From Desulfuromonadales bacterium (GTDB taxonomy: Bacteria; Desulfobacterota; Desulfuromonadia; Desulfuromonadales; SZUA-540), in assembly GCA_033549025.1 (NCBI GenBank), contig JAWSUS010000001.1, positions 64,001-128,000 on the forward strand: a DNA stretch of 64,000 nt, given 5' to 3'. The notes under the pieces were generated by a model. The model had not been told where the DNA came from, made no database searches, and saw nothing but the letters and a program-made list of their open reading frames with translations. Position 1 is the first letter of the stretch. Each line of letters begins with the position of its first letter. The position numbers and the translations under genes are program-made. Below are positions 58,029 through 64,000 of this stretch, in pieces.

Positions 58029-58412
58029 TTAGCCCCGAAAAGCCACCCACTCGATCTCGATGGCTGCCCCCTTGGGCAGAGCCGCCACCTGCACTGTGGC
58101 TCGGGCCGGATAGGTTCCTGAAAAGAATTCCCCATAGATCCCGTTGACCACGGCGAAATCGGCCAGATCCGTCAGATAAATTGTCGTTTTGACCACATGG
58201 GAAAAGTCGAGTCCGGCCGCCGCCAGCACCGCGCCCATATTGGCCATGACCTGACGCGCCTGTGTGTCAATGCCGCCGGGAACCAGTTCTCCGCTCACAG
58301 GATCCAGAGGAATCTGGCCAGAGAAAAAGATAAAATCACCTGCCGCCACTCCCTGGGAATAGGGACCGATCGCCGCCGGCGCTCTATCCGTCTCAATCTT
58401 CTTCATTGTCAT
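58029..58412 (-). CDS. ridA: RidA/YjgF family enamine-imine deaminase
   Basis: APAAIGPYSQ..SGQIP..PARATVQVAALP..IEIE. Confidence 0.92.
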   Translation of the reverse strand: MTMKKIETDRAPAAIGPYSQGVAAGDFIFFSGQIPLDPVSGELVPGGIDTQARQVMANMGAVLAAAGLDFSHVVKTTIYLTDLADFAVVNGIYGEFFSGTYPARATVQVAALPKGAAIEIEWVAFRG

Positions 58413-58432
58413 CCCCCTTCTTTTTTAGCGCT

Positions 58433-60586
58433 TTAATTCCGTACGCGCTCGACCTTGTAGACGCCCTTGACCTTGCGAATCGCCGCCATCACCCGATTCA
58501 GATGATCGAGATCCTGCACATCGACCTCAAAGGTGTTGACGCCCTTATGGTCCGGAGTCGAATGCACACTGGCGGTGATGATGTTTGCCTCGCAATTGCT
58601 GATAGCACCCGAGATACCGGCGAGAATCCCCTTCTGATCCTGACAGTAGGCCCGTATCTTGACCGGCCGGGTGGTCTTCTTCTTGCGATCCCACTCCAGC
58701 ACGACACGCCTTTCCGGATCCCCTTCCATGGCATGGGGGCAGTCTTCCGCATGCACGGTCACGCCCCGGCCTCGGGTAATGAAGCCGATAACGGGGTCAC
58801 CGGGCAGGGGATTGCAGCACTTGGCAAAGCGCACCAGGATGTCCTCGATACCGTCGATCTTCAGGGCGCTTGACGGCTTGCGCCGAATTTTCTCAAGAAC
58901 TTTCTCGAAACGCCCCGGGGCCGGACGCTCTTCCCGAAGTTTCTCCTGGGGCACGACACGGCCGATCACCTGTCCGAGGGAAACCTTCCCATAACCGAGA
59001 GCGGCCAACAGATCATCCACCCGCTTAAAGCCCAGTTCCTCAACGGCATGGGCCATTTCCGGCGAAACGGCCACTTTCTTCAGCGACAAACCATACTTGC
59101 GCAGCTCTTTTTCGAGAAGATCACGGCCGAGCTCAATACTCTTTTCGCGCTGCTCCGTTTTGACCCACTGCCGGATCTTGTTGCGCGCCTTGGAGGTGCG
59201 CACAAAGGCCAGCCAGTCCTTGCTCGGCGTCTGATTCTGCGAGGTGATAACCTCGACGATGTCCCCGTTATGGAGCGGTGTCTTCAGCGGAACCAGTTTA
59301 CCGTTGACGCGCGAGCCCACACAATGGTGCCCGACATCGGTGTGTACACTGTAGGCGAAATCGACGGGCGTAGACCCCCGGGGGAGTTCCTTGACGTCGC
59401 CGTCGGGGGTGAAGACATACACCTCTTCCGGGAAAAGATCGATCTTGACCGTCGACATGAATTCGCGGCTGTCGTCCAGTTCCTGCTGCCATTCGAGCAG
59501 TTGGCGCAGCCAAGCGAATTTGCGGTCTTCGCGGGCGGCGGCCGGCGTACTGCCGCCTTCTTTATATTTCCAGTGGGCGGCGATCCCTTCCTCGGCGATG
59601 CGGTGCATCTCTTCGGTGCGGATCTGCACTTCCATGCGCTCTCCGAAAGGCCCCATAACCGTCGTGTGCAGCGACTGGTAGAGGTTCGCCTTGGGCATGG
59701 CGATATAGTCCTTGAATCGCCCGGGAATGGGCTTCCAGGTCGAATGGATGATGCCGAGCACCGCATAACAGTCCCTCACCGACTGCACGATGATGCGAAA
59801 AGCGATGAGATCGTAAATCTGATCGAGATCGGTGCCCTGCCGCAGCATCTTGTTGTACACCGAGGCCAGATGCTTGGAACGGCCGCTCACCTCGCCGGAA
59901 ATCCCGTTTTCTTCCAGCTTGTTGCGAATAATCCCCTTGACGTCGTTAACGTATTTGACCCGCTCCTTGATGCGCTTGTCAATGCCGGCAGCCAGTTCCT
60001 TATAGGTCTTGGGCTCCAGATAGCGCAGGGACAGATCTTCCAGCTCGCTTTTGATCCAGCTGATCCCCAGGCGGTTGGCCAGCGGCACATAGATATCCTT
60101 GGTTTCCTGGGCGATCAGGCGGCGCCTTGGCTCCGGCTGACGGTCAAGCGTCCGCATGTTGGCCAGCCGGTCAGCCAGTTTGACGAGGATGACCCGGATA
60201 TCCCGCGCCATGGCCAGCAGCATTTTGCGAAAATTCTCCGCCTGCCGTTCTTCATTGGTGCGGAAGGTCATTTTACCGATTTTGGTGACGCCATCCACCA
60301 GGGTGGCCACTTCCTCACCAAACTCTTCCCGCAGCGTCTCCAGGGATACAAGAGAATTTTCGATGGTGTCATGCAGCAAGCCGGTCAGCACCGTCGCTAC
60401 ATCCATGCGCAGTTGGGCCAAAATATGCCCGACCTCCAGGACATGGGTCAGGGAGGGGTCTCCGGACGGGCGCTTAACCCCCTGATGAATGCGGGTGCTG
60501 TATTCGCAGCCCCGCCGCAGCAGGTCGAGATCGGCTCCGGGATGGTAGGCTTGTACTTTTTTGAGGATTTCTGCTGACTGGATCAT
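58433..60586 (-). CDS. relA: Long RelA/SpoT homolog ((p)ppGpp synthetase; hydrolase domain degenerate)
   Basis: Synthetase GRSKH..YDLIAFR..RFKDYIAMPK..YQSLHT..EVQIRT; TGS, ZFD (AKCCNP) and ACT domains. Confidence 0.95.
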   Translation of the reverse strand: MIQSAEILKKVQAYHPGADLDLLRRGCEYSTRIHQGVKRPSGDPSLTHVLEVGHILAQLRMDVATVLTGLLHDTIENSLVSLETLREEFGEEVATLVDGVTKIGKMTFRTNEERQAENFRKMLLAMARDIRVILVKLADRLANMRTLDRQPEPRRRLIAQETKDIYVPLANRLGISWIKSELEDLSLRYLEPKTYKELAAGIDKRIKERVKYVNDVKGIIRNKLEENGISGEVSGRSKHLASVYNKMLRQGTDLDQIYDLIAFRIIVQSVRDCYAVLGIIHSTWKPIPGRFKDYIAMPKANLYQSLHTTVMGPFGERMEVQIRTEEMHRIAEEGIAAHWKYKEGGSTPAAAREDRKFAWLRQLLEWQQELDDSREFMSTVKIDLFPEEVYVFTPDGDVKELPRGSTPVDFAYSVHTDVGHHCVGSRVNGKLVPLKTPLHNGDIVEVITSQNQTPSKDWLAFVRTSKARNKIRQWVKTEQREKSIELGRDLLEKELRKYGLSLKKVAVSPEMAHAVEELGFKRVDDLLAALGYGKVSLGQVIGRVVPQEKLREERPAPGRFEKVLEKIRRKPSSALKIDGIEDILVRFAKCCNPLPGDPVIGFITRGRGVTVHAEDCPHAMEGDPERRVVLEWDRKKKTTRPVKIRAYCQDQKGILAGISGAISNCEANIITASVHSTPDHKGVNTFEVDVQDLDHLNRVMAAIRKVKGVYKVERVRN

Positions 60587-60673
60587 GACGACTCTACCCG
60601 GCTCGTGTTCGACATGCGACCGGCAGGAAACCAGAGCCTGCCGGTTCGCGTAGAGTCAGGAAGGAAGAAGGGG

Positions 60674-60883
60674 CTAGCTTTTCTTGCGGGTGGGAATTTC
60701 GTAATCCACCTTGCCGGCGGCAATCTCGCGCAAGGCCAAAACAATCTTCTTGTTGCGGGCCTTGTTCTCGATCAGGGAGGCGCCCCCCTTGTACAGCTGT
60801 TTCGAGCGCTTGGCCGCAATCATGACAAGCAAAAAGCGATTCGGGATTTCTTTAAGACAGTCTTCAACGGTAATACGTGCCAT
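60674..60883 (-). CDS. rpoZ: RNA polymerase omega subunit
   Basis: [28 protein letters not shown]. Confidence 0.97.
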   Translation of the reverse strand: MARITVEDCLKEIPNRFLLVMIAAKRSKQLYKGGASLIENKARNKKIVLALREIAAGKVDYEIPTRKKS

Positions 60884-60936
60884 GAATGTGTTCTCCTGAG
60901 ACGAAATAATGGAATCGCCGACGATTCCACAGTTTA

Positions 60937-61608
60937 TTAGGTAAAATCCTGCGCCAGCATATCTTCGACCAATCCCGGATGCCGACGAACCCGGCAACGC
61001 TCCGCCACGATGATGGCCTTCAGTTGCTCCAGGGCCGTGGCGAACTGATCGTTGATCACGACGAAGTCGTACAGCGGCACTTGGGCAATTTCGTGGCGGG
61101 CATTAGCCAGACGCCGACGGATCACCTCTTCGCTGTCCGTCTGGCGTCCCTGCAGCCGTCGCATCAGTTCATCGAGACTCGGCGGCAGAATAAAAATAAA
61201 AACGGCCTGCCGGCAGGTCTTGCGCAGTTGCTCAGCGCCCTGGCAATCGATATCGAGCAGGACATCCTCGCCCTGCGCCATCGCCTCCGCCAAAGTGGAA
61301 AGCGCCGTACCGTAGCGGTTGCCATGAACCTCGGCCCATTCAGCAAATTCTCCCCGCTCCACCATGGCGGCGAAGGTCTCGGCGGTCACGAAATGATAGT
61401 CGATGCCGTCCACTTCCCCCGGCCGCATGGGGCGTGTCGTGTAGGAAACAGACTGCCGCAGCAAAGGGAAAAAGTCAATGACTTCCTTGCAGAGCGAGGT
61501 CTTTCCAGCCCCCGAAGGAGCGGAGATGACGAAGAGGCTGCCCGCACCTTCCGGTTCTTTTGGAGCATCCGACTTTGCGGCGTATTCTGCCGGATGCTCA
61601 CTCGACAT
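60937..61608 (-). CDS. gmk: Guanylate kinase
   Basis: [37 protein letters not shown]. Confidence 0.97.
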   Translation of the reverse strand: MSSEHPAEYAAKSDAPKEPEGAGSLFVISAPSGAGKTSLCKEVIDFFPLLRQSVSYTTRPMRPGEVDGIDYHFVTAETFAAMVERGEFAEWAEVHGNRYGTALSTLAEAMAQGEDVLLDIDCQGAEQLRKTCRQAVFIFILPPSLDELMRRLQGRQTDSEEVIRRRLANARHEIAQVPLYDFVVINDQFATALEQLKAIIVAERCRVRRHPGLVEDMLAQDFT

Positions 61609-62476
61609 TTTGCACCTGCTCGCGCACCTTTTCCAGTTCGGCCTTGATGGCCACCACCTGCCGGGTTAACTCGGCGTCATTGGACTTGGAGCCCATCGTA
61701 TTGACCTCACGGTTGAGCTCCTGCACCAGAAAGTCCATCTGACGGCCGACCGGTTCGTCGCTTTCGAAGAGGCTGCGAAACTGGCTCAGGTGACTGCGAA
61801 AGCGCACCAGTTCCTCACTGATGTCGCAGCGGTCGGCAAAGACGGCGACCTCCTGGGCCAAGCGCTGCTCATCCACGGCGACCTCACCAGCCAAACGGGT
61901 AATGCGCTCTTTCAGCTTGTTCTGCCATTCGGCCGCGACCTGGGGCGCCCTCTCCTCCACGGCCGCCAGCAGTTTCTCCACCACTTCCAGCCGCGCCTCC
62001 ATGTCACGCAGGGTGGCCTCCCCTTCCCTTGCCCGCATCGCCTCCAGCGCATTCAGAGCCTGGGCTAAGGCGCTGTCCAGGCAGGCCTTCAGACTCTCCT
62101 GCGGCAGATCCCCCTCCTTCAGGGTGACTACCTCTTTCTGGGACACCAGCAGGGACAGGGGGATGCCGCCATCCACCGGAAATTCCGTGCGCAAATCCTC
62201 AAAGAGGGCCACATAGGCGGCGGCCAGCGGTCGGTTCAGGGCCGGCGCCATGACACCCCCGCCGTTGACTTCCTGCGTGATGAAGACATCGATCTTGCCG
62301 CGTTTGAGCTTTTCGCTGACGCTCTTTTTTATCTCCGTCTCCAGCGACATCATCGAGCGCGGCGCCTTGATGGTCACATCCCCGTAGCGATGATTGACCG
62401 ATTTAATCTCCACGCTCAGGGATAAACCCTCCTGTTCGGCCTGGCCTTTGCCATAGCCGGTCATGCTTTTAATCAT
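61598..62476 (-). CDS. yicC: YicC/YloC family endoribonuclease
   Basis: [45 protein letters not shown]. Confidence 0.94.
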   Translation of the reverse strand: MIKSMTGYGKGQAEQEGLSLSVEIKSVNHRYGDVTIKAPRSMMSLETEIKKSVSEKLKRGKIDVFITQEVNGGGVMAPALNRPLAAAYVALFEDLRTEFPVDGGIPLSLLVSQKEVVTLKEGDLPQESLKACLDSALAQALNALEAMRAREGEATLRDMEARLEVVEKLLAAVEERAPQVAAEWQNKLKERITRLAGEVAVDEQRLAQEVAVFADRCDISEELVRFRSHLSQFRSLFESDEPVGRQMDFLVQELNREVNTMGSKSNDAELTRQVVAIKAELEKVREQVQNVE

Positions 62477-62486
62477 CGTTGTATCC

Positions 62487-63524
62487 TCAGACGTTGTAAT
62501 AATGGCGATACCAGCGCACGAACCGTTCCACACCCTCCTCAATGGAGGTCGACGGCTTGAAACCGACATCCTGTACCAAAGCCTCGACATCGGCGAAGGT
62601 GGCCGGCACATCCCCAGGCTGTATGGGAAGCAGGTTCTTCTCCGCCTTTTTGCCGAGAGCTCTCTCCAGCACCTCGATCAGATGCAGCAGTTCCACCGGC
62701 TGGTTGTTGCCGATATTGTAAATCCGATAGGGCGCGCGACTCGTACCGGGATCGGGGCGATCGCTGTCCCAGTCGGGATTCGGCTGGGCAACGTGATCGG
62801 TCGTGCGCACCACCCCTTCGACGATATCGTCGACAAAGGTAAAGTCGCGCCGCATCTTCCCGTGGTTGTACACGTCGATAGGCCTTCCGGCCAAAATGGC
62901 CCGGGTAAAGAGAAAAAGAGCCATATCCGGCCGTCCCCAGGGGCCATACACGGTGAAGAAGCGCAGGCCGGTGCAGGGAAGCCCGTAGAGATGGGCGTAG
63001 GTATGGGCCATCAGCTCGTTGGCCTTTTTCGAGGCGGCGTAGAGGGAGACAGGGTGGTCGACGTTGTGATGCACCGAAAAGGGCATGCGGGTATTGGCGC
63101 CGTAGACAGACGACGACGAGGCGTACACCAGATGCCCCACCTGGCTGTGGCGACAGCCCTCTAGAATGTTCATGAAACCGACCAGGTTGCTGTCGACGTA
63201 GGCGTGGGGATTCTCAAGACTGTAGCGCACGCCGGCCTGGGCCGCCAGATGAATGACCCGATCGAAGCGCTCCTCGCCGAAAAGCGTCGCCATGGCGGCG
63301 CGGTCAGCGACATCCATGCGCAAAAAACGAAAGCCGGGACGCCCTTCGAGCTGGGCCAGACGATCCTTCTTCAGCTGCACTTCGTAATAGTCGTTGAGGT
63401 TGTCCAGACCGACGACCTCGTCCCCTCGCGCCAGCAAGGTCTGGCAGACATGGGAGCCGATAAAACCGGCGGCGCCGGTGACCAGAAAACGCTTGCCTGA
63501 TATTTTTTGTTCCGTAATTTTCAT
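62487..63524 (-). CDS. NAD-dependent epimerase (UDP-glucuronate 4-epimerase type)
   Basis: [40 protein letters not shown]. Confidence 0.93.
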   Translation of the reverse strand: MKITEQKISGKRFLVTGAAGFIGSHVCQTLLARGDEVVGLDNLNDYYEVQLKKDRLAQLEGRPGFRFLRMDVADRAAMATLFGEERFDRVIHLAAQAGVRYSLENPHAYVDSNLVGFMNILEGCRHSQVGHLVYASSSSVYGANTRMPFSVHHNVDHPVSLYAASKKANELMAHTYAHLYGLPCTGLRFFTVYGPWGRPDMALFLFTRAILAGRPIDVYNHGKMRRDFTFVDDIVEGVVRTTDHVAQPNPDWDSDRPDPGTSRAPYRIYNIGNNQPVELLHLIEVLERALGKKAEKNLLPIQPGDVPATFADVEALVQDVGFKPSTSIEEGVERFVRWYRHYYNV

Positions 63525-63525
63525 C

Positions 63526-64000
63526 TTAGCGCCGCCCGATGCCGCTGTATTCAAAACCGGCCTTTTTCACCACCACCGGTTCGTACTGGTTGCGGCCATC
63601 AAAGATAATGGCCTGCTTCATGGCCCGCTTCATGGCGTTGAAATCGGGGTGGCGGAAGGGCTTCCATTCCGTCACTAGCACCAGGGCATCCACTTCTGCC
63701 AAGGCTTCGTACTGGTTTTTCACCAGCTCAAGCCGGCCCTTTTCAAACCAGTCGGCCGGCAGCACCTTGCGGGCCATGTCCATGGCCACGGGGTCATAGG
63801 CTTTCACCTTGGCGCCGGCGCCGATGAGTTCATGCAGCAACACCTCGGCGGGAGCCTCCCGCATGTCGTCGGTCTCGGGCTTGAAGGCCAGGCCCCACAG
63901 GCCAAAGGTCAGGTGCGAGAGATCGCTGCCGAAACGCTCGGTGATCTTATCGAACAGCACATGCTTCTGCGCCTCGTTGCGGCTGTGAACCGACCGCAGC
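63526..64000 (-). CDS. ugd: UDP-glucose 6-dehydrogenase family (3' part; starts beyond window end)
   Basis: [29 protein letters not shown]. Confidence 0.9.
   Translation of the reverse strand, partial: LRSVHSRNEAQKHVLFDKITERFGSDLSHLTFGLWGLAFKPETDDMREAPAEVLLHELIGAGAKVKAYDPVAMDMARKVLPADWFEKGRLELVKNQYEALAEVDALVLVTEWKPFRHPDFNAMKRAMKQAIIFDGRNQYEPVVVKKAGFEYSGIGRR

Noticed and set aside
1..64000. tRNA, rRNA, CRISPR, IS, integrase or defence genes
   Set aside because: None recognised; spacers are short and composition looks uniform, with no sign of a recent island

Overview
GC-rich chromosomal core-genome segment from a deltaproteobacterium (Desulfuromonadales-like, judged from gene content and protein sequences). 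I found no rRNA, tRNA, CRISPR array, prophage or IS element. Left to right: holA(partial)-lptE-leuS-infA; a receptor-less chemosensory operon (4.2-16.7 kb: 2 CheY, CheA, 2 CheW, CheR, CheB, plus GAF, HEAT-repeat, Zn-ribbon-REC, REC, ExeA-type ATPase and DUF4388 accessory genes); rnc-radical SAM-era-der, divergent from tmk-holB-ricT-metG-tatD/radical SAM fusion; upp-uraA; EVE-AsmA-ferritin-like; an FmdB Zn-ribbon gene; phosphohexomutase; small Cys-rich genes; mutL-miaA-hfq-PDZ/radical SAM-TPR-cidA-lrgB; an SgmX-like TPR gene with a second ExeA ATPase; rimI-pyrK-pyrD-(DHH-CBS-tRNA nucleotidyltransferase)-S2P-scpA-scpB-rluB-pgi; purM-purN-hypothetical-rpmB; ugd(partial)-epimerase-yicC-gmk-rpoZ-rel-ridA. 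Most notable observations: (1) a probable hidden selenoprotein, where the FmdB gene ends ...CGSGGFS-TGA-GCC-TGA followed by a SECIS-like hairpin; (2) a long RSH (Rel) with an eroded (p)ppGpp hydrolase domain but an intact synthetase; (3) two paralogous ExeA ATPases, one overlapping cheA and one downstream of an SgmX-like TPR gene, suggesting a chemosensory-to-pilus/secretion module; (4) an Hfq with a naturally degenerate distal RNA-binding face and a highly structured 3' region. All family assignments come from motif recognition by eye, not database searches.
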